Below, one piece after another: positions 10,757 to 21,091 of a stretch of DNA of 32,000 nt. The DNA lies in the NCBI RefSeq assembly GCF_000283555.1, contig NC_016012.1, positions 90,001-122,000 of the forward strand, given 5' to 3'. The notes below the pieces were generated by a model. The model had not been told where the DNA came from. It was given only the letters and a program-made list of their open reading frames with translations, and made no database searches. This DNA comes from Candidatus Arthromitus sp. SFB-rat-Yit. GTDB taxonomy: Bacteria > Bacillota > Clostridia > Clostridiales > Clostridiaceae. The number at the start of each line of letters is the position of its first letter. The stretch's first letter is position 1. Both the position numbers and the translations under genes were made by a program.

Positions 10757-11620
10757 ATGGAAGTTATTATAGTTACAGGTCTTTCAGGGGCGGGGAAGAC
10801 TCAAGTTATTAGAGAGTTTGAGGATTTAAATTATTTTTGTATTGACAATATGCCACCACAATTTGTACAAAAATTTGGTGAGTTGTGTAAACAAACAAAT
10901 GGGAATGTTTCAAAACTTGCATTTGTTATAGATATACGTGGAAGGGAATTTTTTGATTATATAGATAATGTTTTAGAGTGGTTTGAAGAAAATTCTATAA
11001 ACTATAAGATATTATTTTTAGATTGCTCAGACGAAATATTGATCAGAAGATTTAAGGAAACTAGAAGACTACATCCATTATCTTACGATGGTAAAATTTT
11101 AAATGGAATATTAAAAGAGAGGAAAAAACTAGAGTTTCTTAGGAAAAAAGCTAATTTAATTATGGATACTTCGAATTTGAAAGTACAGGAATTAAAAAAG
11201 AAAGTAAGAGATTTTATATGTGGAAATTATATAGATAGCGATTTTATAGTTCAAATAATTTCTTTTGGATATAAATATGGAATACCTTTAGAGTGCGATT
11301 TAACATTTGATGTTAGATTTATAGATAATCCTTTTTATATTGAGGAATTAAAAAAATTAACAGGTCTTGATAAAGAGGTTAAGGAGTTTGTTCTTAAAAA
11401 TCCTGAATGTAGAGAATTTTTAGTAAAATTAGAAGATATTATAAAATTTTTATTACCCAATTATAAAAAAGAAGGTAAGAAACATTTGACAATTGGAATT
11501 GGGTGTACAGGAGGACAACATAGATCGGTTGCTGTATCAGAAGAGTTATATAATATTTTATATAACTATAGAAACTATAAAATAATTTTAGAGCATAAAG
11601 ATATTATTAAAAATGTATAA
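10757..11620 (+). CDS. rapZ: RNase adapter / nucleotide-binding protein RapZ (YvcJ family)
   Basis: Walker A VTGLSGAGKT sits at the N-terminus and the C-terminal motif GCTGGQHRSV is present. GGAGAGG at 10744-10750 supports ATG 10757, 2 nt after the murB stop. The ORF-track TTG 10742 lies inside murB. Confidence 0.93.
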   Translation: MEVIIVTGLSGAGKTQVIREFEDLNYFCIDNMPPQFVQKFGELCKQTNGNVSKLAFVIDIRGREFFDYIDNVLEWFEENSINYKILFLDCSDEILIRRFKETRRLHPLSYDGKILNGILKERKKLEFLRKKANLIMDTSNLKVQELKKKVRDFICGNYIDSDFIVQIISFGYKYGIPLECDLTFDVRFIDNPFYIEELKKLTGLDKEVKEFVLKNPECREFLVKLEDIIKFLLPNYKKEGKKHLTIGIGCTGGQHRSVAVSEELYNILYNYRNYKIILEHKDIIKNV

Positions 11621-11650
11621 TTAAAACATAAAATTAGGAGATTTATTAAG

Positions 11651-12643
11651 GTGGAGTTATTTGATAAATTTTGCAATAATCCAAAAGTTGTAGTTATAGG
11701 AGGAGGTACAGGTATTCCGACAATTCTAAAAGGAATAAAAAAGTTTACTAAAAATATTACATCGGTAGTTACTGTTGCAGATGATGGTGGAGGATCTGGA
11801 ATATTAAGAGATGAGTTGGGTATATTACCTCCTGGAGATATAAGAAATTGTTTGATAGCTCTTGCAAACACAGAACCTATAATGGAAGAACTCTTAAAAT
11901 ACAGATTTAGCGATGGGAATTTAAAGAACCAAAATTTTGGAAATTTATTTATAGCAGCTATGATAGGTATTACGAATAATTTTGAGAGTGCAGTGAAAGC
12001 TATGAGTGATGTTTTGGCTATAACAGGCAAGGTATTGCCTGTTACAAATGAGAACATAGTGCTTGAAGCTAAACTCCATAATGGAATTGTCGTAAGAGGA
12101 GAGTCAAAAATTCCTGAAGAAGTTATAAAGCACAATAGTCGAATTAAAGAGATATCTATAATACCTAGTGATGCAAAACCTATAGAAGATTGTATCGATG
12201 AGATATTGAATGCTGATGCAATTATTTTTGGACCAGGGAGTTTATATACAAGTATTTTACCTAATTTAAAGGTAAAAGAGATATGCGATTCCATAAATAA
12301 AAATAATGGGAAACATATTTATGTTTCAAATATTATGACGCAGCATGGTGAAACGGGAGGATATACATTATATGACCATGTTAAGAGTATATTTGATAAT
12401 ACAAATATTTTGAAACTAGATTATATTATTGTAAATAATGGTAAATTATCTAATGAATATGAAGATAGGTATAAAGTTAAAAATTCTGAGCTTGTATATT
12501 GTGATGATGAAAAATTTGAAGGTATGGATGTAAAAATAGTGAAGGATAATTTGATAAAGATAGAGAATGATTTTATAAGACACGATGAAGATAGGGTGTC
12601 TAGAATTATAATGAAGATTATTAATGATAATAATGAAATGTAA
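11651..12643 (+). CDS. yvcK: YvcK/GlmR-type gluconeogenesis factor (CofD-like, UPF0052)
   Basis: Motifs VVVIGGGTGIPT, VTVADDGGGSG and FGPGSLYTSILPNL. GTG start with AGGAG at 11636-11640. Confidence 0.9.
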   Translation: MELFDKFCNNPKVVVIGGGTGIPTILKGIKKFTKNITSVVTVADDGGGSGILRDELGILPPGDIRNCLIALANTEPIMEELLKYRFSDGNLKNQNFGNLFIAAMIGITNNFESAVKAMSDVLAITGKVLPVTNENIVLEAKLHNGIVVRGESKIPEEVIKHNSRIKEISIIPSDAKPIEDCIDEILNADAIIFGPGSLYTSILPNLKVKEICDSINKNNGKHIYVSNIMTQHGETGGYTLYDHVKSIFDNTNILKLDYIIVNNGKLSNEYEDRYKVKNSELVYCDDEKFEGMDVKIVKDNLIKIENDFIRHDEDRVSRIIMKIINDNNEM

Positions 12644-12658
12644 TAAACAGGTGATAAT

Positions 12659-13561
12659 TTGACTTTTTCATCTATTGTTAAAACTGAAATACTCGAGAAT
12701 TGTTTTAAATCATATAAACAAGTAATTGGTGAAGTTATAGGTGTGATTTTAAGCACAAAATACGAGATGAAAGCTAATGAAATTATTTTTAGGATAGATA
12801 ATCATCTTGTATTTGATCATTTGCAAAATATATTTAATATGATGGGAGGATTCGGATATAATTTAAATATATATAGTTTGAGTTCTAATATATACAAATT
12901 CAGGGATTATTATATATGTAAGCTGTTGAATTATTTAGATAGTAGGGATTTTAAAAATAGGATTAATCTTATTATTAATAATAAAATAATTGATGAAGTT
13001 TATTTTATTAGAGGATTATTTGTAATGTGTGGGAGTATTACTAATCCAAATAATAGCTATCATTTAGAATTTTGTGTTTATAATAATGATCTATCGTATT
13101 TCTTGGATTCATTATTAAATTATTTTGGAATTAGAAGCAAGATAATAAGTAGGAAAGACAGGTTTATTATATATGTTAAAGAATCAGAGAGTATATCTCA
13201 GTTTTTAAAAGTAATAGGCACTCATAGATCTGTTTTGGAGTTTGAAGATATTAGAGTAGTTAAGGAATACATTAATAATAAAAATAGGATTAAGAATTGT
13301 ATTCAAGCAAATGAGGATAAATCTATAATAGCATCGGTAAGACAAGTTAGAGCTATTATGTATATTGATAAATATATTGGTTTGGATGGGTTGCCGGATA
13401 AACTTAGAGAAATCGCAAGGGTAAGATTGGAATATAAGGAAGTATCTCTTAGTGAACTTGGGAAATATTTGGATCCACCTATTGGGAAATCTGGAGTGCT
13501 ACATAGATTAAATAAGATAGAGGAAATTTCTAAAGAATTAGAAGATAAATATGGTGTTTGA
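12659..13561 (+). CDS. whiA: DNA-binding protein WhiA
   Basis: 300 aa. N-terminus MTFSSIVKTEILE is typical of WhiA. It has a degenerate LAGLIDADG-like middle region and a C-terminal HTH (VSLSELGKYLDPPIGKSGVLHRLNKI). TTG start with AGGTGA at 12648-12653. Position directly after rapZ-yvcK matches the conserved trio. Confidence 0.9.
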   Translation: MTFSSIVKTEILENCFKSYKQVIGEVIGVILSTKYEMKANEIIFRIDNHLVFDHLQNIFNMMGGFGYNLNIYSLSSNIYKFRDYYICKLLNYLDSRDFKNRINLIINNKIIDEVYFIRGLFVMCGSITNPNNSYHLEFCVYNNDLSYFLDSLLNYFGIRSKIISRKDRFIIYVKESESISQFLKVIGTHRSVLEFEDIRVVKEYINNKNRIKNCIQANEDKSIIASVRQVRAIMYIDKYIGLDGLPDKLREIARVRLEYKEVSLSELGKYLDPPIGKSGVLHRLNKIEEISKELEDKYGV

Positions 13562-13594
13562 ATTTTATTGTCAACTTGATTTTGGGGTGTAGTC

Positions 13595-14473
13595 ATGGAA
13601 AAATTTAATATTACAGAGATAAGTTATAAAAATTATAATAGGTGTTTGAGAATTACAAATAATTTAATAGAAGTTATTGTTTTTATAGAAGATACTATAC
13701 GGATTGTAAAGTATGGATATATAAATGGTAATAATCAATTTGAAGACGGTTTGATAGATAAGGATAGTAAAGAAATTATAGGTGGGCATAGTTTTAGTTA
13801 TGTTCCACAGATAGATAAAAATGTTGATTTTATAGATAATCAAGGTATAACATATGAAACAATAGTAAATGGTGTTAGATTTATTCAAAATATAGAGAAA
13901 TGGACTCAAATAAGAAGAGTGATTGAGATAATATTTGAGAAAAATTCTAGTAGAATTACTGTGATACATAAGATACTTTCTTTAAATGCATTTGATATAA
14001 ACATAGCTATATGTTCAAATACTATAGTAAGAAATGGGGGAATAGAAGTTATTCCATTTGGGCGTGGGAGTAATAGAGATGTTCCTAATAAATCTCTGAT
14101 TTTTTGGCCATACTCAAATCTTAAGGATTCTAGAGTATATCTTGGAGATAAGTATGTTGCTATGAAGGTTAATGAGAATATATACGACAGATTTAGAATG
14201 GGGATAAATACTGATTTAAAATATTTATTGTATTATAATAATAATGAAATGTTTATTAAAGAATTTAGTTTGATTGAGGGAGAGTATGAGTATCCAAATA
14301 TGGGTTGTAAGTATGAATCGCTGATTACACCTAATTATTTAGAGATGAAGGTTAATTCTCCAATATATAGTTTAAGCACGAATAATTATATAATCCATAC
14401 AGAAGTGTGGGATATTTACAGGGATATAAACTTAGATTTTATAGATAAATTTATAGATCAGTATAATAAATAA
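13595..14473 (+). CDS. Hypothetical 292-aa soluble protein; possibly a galactose-mutarotase-like beta-sandwich (tentative)
   Basis: Long ORF in an AT-rich genome. GGGGTG RBS at 13583-13588. It lies 33 nt after whiA with no intervening hairpin and is followed by a strong terminator. The pattern LRITNNLIEVIVF...IRIV...GNNQF...GGHSF...VIHKI...IAICS...IEVIPF resembles mutarotase-like/DUF4380-type proteins as I remember them. Unverified. Confidence 0.7.
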   Translation: MEKFNITEISYKNYNRCLRITNNLIEVIVFIEDTIRIVKYGYINGNNQFEDGLIDKDSKEIIGGHSFSYVPQIDKNVDFIDNQGITYETIVNGVRFIQNIEKWTQIRRVIEIIFEKNSSRITVIHKILSLNAFDINIAICSNTIVRNGGIEVIPFGRGSNRDVPNKSLIFWPYSNLKDSRVYLGDKYVAMKVNENIYDRFRMGINTDLKYLLYYNNNEMFIKEFSLIEGEYEYPNMGCKYESLITPNYLEMKVNSPIYSLSTNNYIIHTEVWDIYRDINLDFIDKFIDQYNK

Positions 14474-14478
14474 ATTTT

Positions 14479-14515
14479 AAACCCTTTATTTAGTTTTAAA
14501 TAAAGGGTTTTTCTG
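14479..14515 (+). terminator. Intrinsic terminator closing the rapZ-yvcK-whiA-orf292 unit
   Basis: Perfect 14-bp stem AAACCCTTTATTTA (14479-14492) / TAAATAAAGGGTTT (14497-14510), loop GTTT, then a T-run. Confidence 0.8.
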
Positions 14516-14586
14516 TATCAAAATTTAATTATGCCCATAACATAAAAACATCAATAAATTAAATTCTAATATATTAGGAGAAATAT

Positions 14587-16428
14587 ATGTGCGGAATAAC
14601 AGGATTTTCCAATTTTAATAAAGATATAACAAGTGAATTTAACAATATAGTGATGATGAATGATTCTTTGTATCATAGAGGACCAGATGAATATGATTAT
14701 TATAAACATAAAAATGTAGTTTTTGGACATAGGAGGTTATCTATAGTTGATCCTGATGGAGGCAAACAGCCAATGCAAAGGGTTGTTAATTTTCATAAGT
14801 ATACAATTGTATATAATGGAGAAATTTATAACACTAATGAAATTAGAGATGATTTAATTGATAAAGGGTACAGGTTTTCTACTTATTCTGATACGGAAGT
14901 TGTTTTGATAAATTATATACACTATAAAGAAAATTGTGTGAGTAGGTTAAATGGAATATTTGCATTTTGTATTTTTGATGAGGATGAGAAATGTTTATTT
15001 ATAGCTAGGGATCAGCTGGGGGTTAAACCTATTTTTTATAGTTTAAAAGGTGGATATTTGATTTTTGGATCCGAGATGAAGTCTTTATTAAAACATCCTA
15101 AGGTTAGTACTGATGTTTATCGTGAGGGTATACTTGATCTTTTAAGTTTAGGACCAAGCAGAAGTCCTGGAGAAGGTATATTTAGAGATATAAAAGAGGT
15201 TCCACCAGCACACTATTTATGTGTATATGAAGATAAAGTAATTCTTAAAGAATACTGGAATCTTGAATCAAAAGAGCATAACTTGACTCTTGAAGATACC
15301 AAAGAAAAATTATCTGTAATGCTTGAGAAGGTTATAAAGAATCAAATGGTATCAGATAGGGGTATTTTCTCTTTTTTGTCAGGAGGTATAGACTCATCTC
15401 TTATATCTGCTATAGTGTCTAAGGAGCTTAGAGAAAAAGGGGAGATTTTAGATACATTTACAGTAGATTATGTTGATTATGATAAGGATTTTAAAGGTAA
15501 TGAGTTTGAGGTTACAAGTGATAAATATTTTGTTAAACTCGCTAATGAATCTATAAAATCAAATAATAGAATCATTACAATTAAGAATGAAGATTTATTT
15601 TATGCACTTGAGAGGGGACTTTATGCAAGTGATATTCCTTCTATGGCTGATATTGATATTTCCTTATATTTGTTTTGTAATGTGATTAAAAATTATGGAA
15701 CTGTTGGATTGTCTGGTGAGTGTGCAGATGAAATATTTGGAGGATATCCTTGGTATTTAAATGATGAGGATTTAAAATTAAATAATTTCCCTTGGAATAG
15801 ATTCTCAAACATAAGAAAAGAACTTTTTAATGATAAGATTAAAAGTTTAGATTTTGATTCTCATGTTGAAAATAGAATAAATGAAACACTTAAAAGTGTT
15901 CAATTTTTAGATAGCGATAGTGAGTTTGATAAAAAAATAAGGAAAATGACTACACTAAATGTAAAATGGTTTATGGTAACTTTATTGAATCGAAAAGATA
16001 GGATGAGTATGGCAAATAGTTTAGAGATAAGAGTTCCTTTCGCAGATAGAGAGCTTGTTGAGTTTTCCTATAACATTCCAGCTAAATTTAAATTTTTAAA
16101 TGGGCGTGAAAAGGGGATATTAAGAGAGGCGAGCAGAAAATTTTTGCCATACTCTATAATTGATAGAAAGAAGAGTCCTTATCCTAAAACTCAGAGCAAC
16201 ATATATAGAGATCTTATTATGAAAGAATTATCGAGAATTTTAGATAATAAATCTAATCCTATTTTTGAAATTATAGATGAAAAAAGTGTAAGAAGGTTAA
16301 TTGAAAGTAAAGGAGATTCTTATACAAAACCTTGGTTTGGTCAACTTATGAGAGGTCCACAGCTCATGGCTTATTTAATACAAATCAATATGTGGCTTAA
16401 AAAATATAATATAAATTTATATATATAG
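14587..16428 (+). CDS. asnB: Asparagine synthase (glutamine-hydrolysing)
   Basis: 613 aa with AGGAG at 14576-14580. N-terminal MCGI supplies the Cys2 nucleophile of class II amidotransferases. A PP-loop SGGIDSS is present, and the gene is flanked by terminators on both sides. Confidence 0.93.
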   Translation: MCGITGFSNFNKDITSEFNNIVMMNDSLYHRGPDEYDYYKHKNVVFGHRRLSIVDPDGGKQPMQRVVNFHKYTIVYNGEIYNTNEIRDDLIDKGYRFSTYSDTEVVLINYIHYKENCVSRLNGIFAFCIFDEDEKCLFIARDQLGVKPIFYSLKGGYLIFGSEMKSLLKHPKVSTDVYREGILDLLSLGPSRSPGEGIFRDIKEVPPAHYLCVYEDKVILKEYWNLESKEHNLTLEDTKEKLSVMLEKVIKNQMVSDRGIFSFLSGGIDSSLISAIVSKELREKGEILDTFTVDYVDYDKDFKGNEFEVTSDKYFVKLANESIKSNNRIITIKNEDLFYALERGLYASDIPSMADIDISLYLFCNVIKNYGTVGLSGECADEIFGGYPWYLNDEDLKLNNFPWNRFSNIRKELFNDKIKSLDFDSHVENRINETLKSVQFLDSDSEFDKKIRKMTTLNVKWFMVTLLNRKDRMSMANSLEIRVPFADRELVEFSYNIPAKFKFLNGREKGILREASRKFLPYSIIDRKKSPYPKTQSNIYRDLIMKELSRILDNKSNPIFEIIDEKSVRRLIESKGDSYTKPWFGQLMRGPQLMAYLIQINMWLKKYNINLYI

Positions 16429-16434
16429 ATTTAT

Positions 16435-16469
16435 ACCCAAATGAATTATTATTTTCATTTGGGTTTTTT
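16435..16469 (+). terminator. Intrinsic terminator after asnB
   Basis: 11-bp stem ACCCAAATGAA (16435-16445) / TTCATTTGGGT (16454-16464), 8-nt loop, then TTTTT. Confidence 0.8.
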
Positions 16470-16493
16470 AATTTTTATTAGATGTGGTAAAAT
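16465..16493 (+). promoter_or_regulatory. Candidate extended -10 promoter for dnaE
   Basis: TGGTAAAAT at 16485-16493 (TGn + TAAAAT) with a weak -35 TTTTTA at 16465-16470 and 17-nt spacing. It lies 37 nt upstream of the dnaE ATG. Confidence 0.3.
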
Positions 16494-16529
16494 TCAAGTA
16501 TATATTATTATTTAATAAGGAAATTTAAT

Positions 16530-19500
16530 ATGAATGATTTTGTTCATTTACATGTACATTCAGAATTTAGTTTATTGGATTCTTCGTGCAAGATTAGGAA
16601 TTTAGTTGAACGAGCGAAAGAACTTGACATGACGTCTATTGCTATAACAGATCATGGGGTTATGTATGGATGCTTAGAGTTTTATAAAGTGTGTAAAATG
16701 TATGGAATTAAACCAATAATTGGGTGTGAAATTTATGTTGCAAATAAATCTATGGATATAAAAAATCCTGATGTAGATAATTTTACTACTCATTTGGTTC
16801 TTCTTGTAAAAAATGAGATTGGATATAGAAATCTTTTGAAAATAGTTAGTGATTCTTTTATTCGTGGTTTTTATTATAAGCCGAGGGTTGATATTGAATA
16901 TTTGAGAAATAATTCAGATGGTTTAATTGCTCTTAGTGCTTGTTTAAGTGGGGGGGTTTCTAAATATATTTTAAAAAATGATATAAATGGTGCGAAAAAT
17001 TTAACACTTACATATAAAGAAATATTTAAGGATGATTTTTATTTAGAAATTCAAGATCATGGCATAGATGATCAAAAAAAAGTTAATAGTATGCTTTTAA
17101 AGTTTTCATCGGAACTTAATATAAAATATGTTGTGACAAATGATGTTCACTATATTAAAAAGGATGATGCAAGTGCTCATGATGTGCTCATTTGTATTCA
17201 AACGGGAAGCAATGTAGATGAAGAGAAAAGGATGAAATATCATGGAGATCAATTTTATTTAAAATCGAAAGAGGAGATGTATGATACATTCTTTAGTTAT
17301 AAAGAAGGGCTTTTAAACACTCTTGAAATACGTGATAAGTGTAATTTTGAGTATAAATTCAATGAAAATATACCTCCTAAATATATTATGGATAATTCTC
17401 TTGATCCATTTGAGTATTTAAAAAGATTGTGTTATTTTGGGCTTATAAATAAATATGATGAATTTTCAAATGAGAGTGAATTATTTAAAAGTGAAGATAT
17501 TTTAAATGATTATAAGTTCAAAGTTTTGAAAGAAGAAATTGATAAAAACATAAAATATGATAAGAAAAAATTATTAGATAGGGTTAATTATGAGCTTGAT
17601 TTGATAAATTCTATGGGATTTGTTGATTATTTTTTAATTGTATGGGATTTTATGAAATTTTGTATGGAAAAATCTATACCTACGGGACCTGGGAGAGGTA
17701 GTGTTGCTGGATCTATTGTTGCGTATGTTCTTAATATAACAAAAGTTGATCCTATAAAATATGGATTAATATTTGAGAGATTTTTAAATCCTGAGAGGAT
17801 TTCCATGCCTGATATAGACTCTGATTTTTGTAATGAGAGAAGAGAGGAGGTTATACGGTATGTGAGGGAGAAATATGGAGAAAATAACGTATCGAATATT
17901 ATAACTTTTGGTACGATGGCAGCAAAGGCTTGCATTAGGGATGTAGGAAGAGCTATGAACTATTCTTATTCTGAAGTTGATAAGATAGCTAAGATGGTTC
18001 CTAATATGCTAAATATAACCATAGATTTAGCGCTTCTTTATAATAAAGAGTTAAATGATTTATATAACGAAGATATTAGAGTTAAGAAATTAATTGATAT
18101 ATCAAAGAGGCTTGAAGGACTTCCAAGACATACGTCTATTCATGCTGCGGGTGTTATTATAAGTCCGTATAAACTTATGGATTTAATACCTGTGAAAAAA
18201 GATGGAGATATGCTTGTAACACAATTTCCTATGTCAAACCTTGAGGAACTTGGACTACTTAAAATGGACTTTTTAGGTCTTAGAACTCTAACTGTTATAA
18301 ATGATTGTATTAAGATTATTCATAAGAATAAAGGTACAAAGATAGATTTAGATAAAATTGATTTTGATGATCGAAATGTATTTAATATGATTGGAGAGGG
18401 AAAAACTTGTGGTGTTTTCCAGCTAGAATCATCAGGAATGACTAGCTTTATGAAGGATTTAAAACCAAGCTCTATTGAAGATATAATAGCAGGTATTAGT
18501 TTATATAGACCAGGACCTATGGATGAGATACCAAATTACATAAAAAATAAAAATAATATTAAAGGTATAAAATATTTAACAAAAGAACTTGAGGATATAT
18601 TAAACGTTACATATGGAGTTATCGTTTATCAGGAACAAGTAATGGAGATTGTTCAAAAATTATCAGGATATTCTTTAGGAAGAAGCGATATTGTACGTCG
18701 TGCTATGGCTAAAAAAAAGCACGAGGAGATGGAAAAAGAGAGAAAGAAATTTGTATATGGAAATAAAGATGGGGATGAAATAATAAATGGATGTATAAAT
18801 AATGGAATTGATGAGAAGGTCGCTCATAAAATTTTTGACCAAATGGTAGATTTTGCATCTTATGCATTTAATAAGAGTCATGCTGCGGCATATGCACTTA
18901 TTGCGTATGAAACTGCATATTTAATGAGGTATTATAAATCTGAGTATATATGTGCGCTCCTAAATAGTGTTATAAATAATATGGACAAGGTTTGTTATTA
19001 CATAAAATTTGGAGAAGGAATGAATATAAAGATTTTTCCTCCTTGTGTAAATAATAGTCATAATAAATTTATAGTTGATGGGGAAGATATATATTTTGGA
19101 TTATCAGCTATTAAAAATTTAGGTGAAGGTGCATGTGAAAAAATTGTTTATTATAGAGAAAAATATGGAAAGTTTAAAGATGAGTATGATTTTTTAAAAG
19201 CTTGTGTGAAATGTTCAATTAATAAAAGAGGGATAGAGAGTATTATAAAATCAGGAGCTTTAGATGTCTTTAATGTTTCAAGATCTCACCTTCTTATGAA
19301 TTTTGAAAAAATAATAGATGGAATGCAAAAAGAATTTCGGGAAAATTTAGAAGGTCAAATGGATTTATTTAGTTTGATAGAAGATGAAGAAAATAAATTA
19401 TTTAAATTCAATAATTTAAATAACTGCGATATTTCTTATGATGATAGTGAAAAGAATCTTTTATTTGAAAAAGAGGTTTTAGGTATATACATTTCGGGAC

Positions 19501-20078
19501 ATCCTATACACAAGCACAAAGAAATCTTACATAAGGTTTGTACGAATTCTATTTCTGATTTTTATGATGACAATATGGAGATTAATGATGGGGATGAAGT
19601 TATAATAGGAGGATTAGTAAGAGAATTTAAGAAAATTATAACTAAAAATAATTCTATAATGTGTTTTTTATATATTGAAGATAAGTATTCTTCGATAGAA
19701 TGTGTTGTGTTTCCGAAGATATATGGGAAACGTAGTTATTTAATAAATGATAATAATATTGTTATAATAAAAGGTGTATTCAAAAAAAATGGAGATGCAT
19801 TTAATGTTATAGTAAATGAAATAATAGGGATTGAAGAGTACGATAGATTTAAACTTTATATTCTGTGCGATGGTTTAAAAGAGGTAACACATTCTTTTAA
19901 CAAGGCTAAGGATATTTTAATTGGTAATAAGGGACATGTTGATGTTAATTTGTACTCTTTAGATAGAAAGAAAGTTTTTAGGGTAAATGATTATAGTGTT
20001 AATTTAAGTAATAGTCTTATTTGTGAATTGAACAAAGCTTTTTCACAGAAATTTGTGAAGGTGATTATTACTAAATAA
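16530..20078 (+). CDS. dnaE: DNA polymerase III alpha subunit, DnaE type
   Basis: 1182 aa. N-terminal PHP domain (FVHLHVHSEFSLLDS, AITDHG), palm catalytic motif MPDIDSDF, and a C-terminal OB-fold region. Confidence 0.96.
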   Translation: MNDFVHLHVHSEFSLLDSSCKIRNLVERAKELDMTSIAITDHGVMYGCLEFYKVCKMYGIKPIIGCEIYVANKSMDIKNPDVDNFTTHLVLLVKNEIGYRNLLKIVSDSFIRGFYYKPRVDIEYLRNNSDGLIALSACLSGGVSKYILKNDINGAKNLTLTYKEIFKDDFYLEIQDHGIDDQKKVNSMLLKFSSELNIKYVVTNDVHYIKKDDASAHDVLICIQTGSNVDEEKRMKYHGDQFYLKSKEEMYDTFFSYKEGLLNTLEIRDKCNFEYKFNENIPPKYIMDNSLDPFEYLKRLCYFGLINKYDEFSNESELFKSEDILNDYKFKVLKEEIDKNIKYDKKKLLDRVNYELDLINSMGFVDYFLIVWDFMKFCMEKSIPTGPGRGSVAGSIVAYVLNITKVDPIKYGLIFERFLNPERISMPDIDSDFCNERREEVIRYVREKYGENNVSNIITFGTMAAKACIRDVGRAMNYSYSEVDKIAKMVPNMLNITIDLALLYNKELNDLYNEDIRVKKLIDISKRLEGLPRHTSIHAAGVIISPYKLMDLIPVKKDGDMLVTQFPMSNLEELGLLKMDFLGLRTLTVINDCIKIIHKNKGTKIDLDKIDFDDRNVFNMIGEGKTCGVFQLESSGMTSFMKDLKPSSIEDIIAGISLYRPGPMDEIPNYIKNKNNIKGIKYLTKELEDILNVTYGVIVYQEQVMEIVQKLSGYSLGRSDIVRRAMAKKKHEEMEKERKKFVYGNKDGDEIINGCINNGIDEKVAHKIFDQMVDFASYAFNKSHAAAYALIAYETAYLMRYYKSEYICALLNSVINNMDKVCYYIKFGEGMNIKIFPPCVNNSHNKFIVDGEDIYFGLSAIKNLGEGACEKIVYYREKYGKFKDEYDFLKACVKCSINKRGIESIIKSGALDVFNVSRSHLLMNFEKIIDGMQKEFRENLEGQMDLFSLIEDEENKLFKFNNLNNCDISYDDSEKNLLFEKEVLGIYISGHPIHKHKEILHKVCTNSISDFYDDNMEINDGDEVIIGGLVREFKKIITKNNSIMCFLYIEDKYSSIECVVFPKIYGKRSYLINDNNIVIIKGVFKKNGDAFNVIVNEIIGIEEYDRFKLYILCDGLKEVTHSFNKAKDILIGNKGHVDVNLYSLDRKKVFRVNDYSVNLSNSLICELNKAFSQKFVKVIITK

Positions 20079-20103
20079 ATGTTTATATATTGGAGGTTTA
20101 ATT

Positions 20104-21066
20104 ATGATAAAAAAGATAGCGATATTAACAAGTGGTGGAGATGCTCCTGGAATGAACGCAGCTGTAAGATCAGTTGTGAGATATGCATTGAGTAGAGGTA
20201 TAGAGGTTCTTGGTATACATAGAGGATACCATGGACTTTTACATGGTGAGATAGAATCTCTAACTAGAAAATCTGTTTCTGATATTATAGATAGGGGAGG
20301 AACTTTTTTAAAGACCGCAAGATGTCTTGAATTTAAGCAAGAAGAGGTTAGAGCTCAGGCATATGAAATATTAAAAAGTCATAATGTTGATGGACTTGTG
20401 GTTGTAGGTGGTGATGGATCATTTACAGGAGCACATTTATTATCAAAATTTGGTATGTCCACAGTAGGTATACCAGGGACTATAGATAATGATCTTCCTT
20501 ATACAGATTATACAATTGGATTTGATACAGCGCTCAATACTATATTAGATGCTGTCAGAAAATTAAGGGATACATCCAGTTCTCATGAAAGAGTTAGTAT
20601 TGTTGAAGTTATGGGAAGAAATTGTGGAGATTTAGCATTATATTCTGCTCTTGCAGGTGGTGCTGAGGCTGTAATTGTACCAGAATATCCGTTTAATCGT
20701 GAAGAATTATGCAATGTCATAGTGGAATCTAAGAAAAATAAAAAGCTTCATAGTTTAATAATTTTAGCAGAAGGAGCAGGCGAGGCTGAGGAACTTAGAA
20801 GGTATATACAACAAAAAATAGGACTTGATACTAGAGCTACAGTTCTTGGGCATATACAACGTGGAGGTATACCAACTGGTCGTGATAGAGTTTTAGCATC
20901 TGTAATGGGTAGAAAAGCTGTAGATACTCTTTTGAATAATGGAATTTGTGCAAAAGTTATAGGCGTTAGAGAAAATGAAGTATTTGATATGGATATAGAA
21001 GAAGCTTTAAAAGTTGAGAAAAAATTCAATAAAGATTTATATGATCTTGTTAATAAATTAGCTTAA
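20104..21066 (+). CDS. pfkA: ATP-dependent 6-phosphofructokinase
   Basis: 320 aa with a GGAGG RBS. Motifs ILTSGGDAPGMNAA, VVGGDGS, GIPGTIDNDL and LGHIQRGG. Confidence 0.96.
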   Translation: MIKKIAILTSGGDAPGMNAAVRSVVRYALSRGIEVLGIHRGYHGLLHGEIESLTRKSVSDIIDRGGTFLKTARCLEFKQEEVRAQAYEILKSHNVDGLVVVGGDGSFTGAHLLSKFGMSTVGIPGTIDNDLPYTDYTIGFDTALNTILDAVRKLRDTSSSHERVSIVEVMGRNCGDLALYSALAGGAEAVIVPEYPFNREELCNVIVESKKNKKLHSLIILAEGAGEAEELRRYIQQKIGLDTRATVLGHIQRGGIPTGRDRVLASVMGRKAVDTLLNNGICAKVIGVRENEVFDMDIEEALKVEKKFNKDLYDLVNKLA

Positions 21067-21091
21067 TTTAAAATTTGTGAGGTGTATTTCA

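Noticed and set aside
11575-12294. 239-aa minus-strand ORF, the longest antisense ORF in the track
   Set aside because: It lies entirely antisense to rapZ/yvcK. The + strand translation carries unmistakable family motifs (GGGTG, VADDGGGSG, GPGSLYTS). The minus-strand product is low-complexity S/I/F/P-rich shadow sequence with no RBS.
12421-13969. Three minus-strand ORFs (97-111 aa) inside yvcK, whiA and orf292
   Set aside because: They are antisense shadow ORFs. The + strand genes are contiguous, with RBSs and family motifs.
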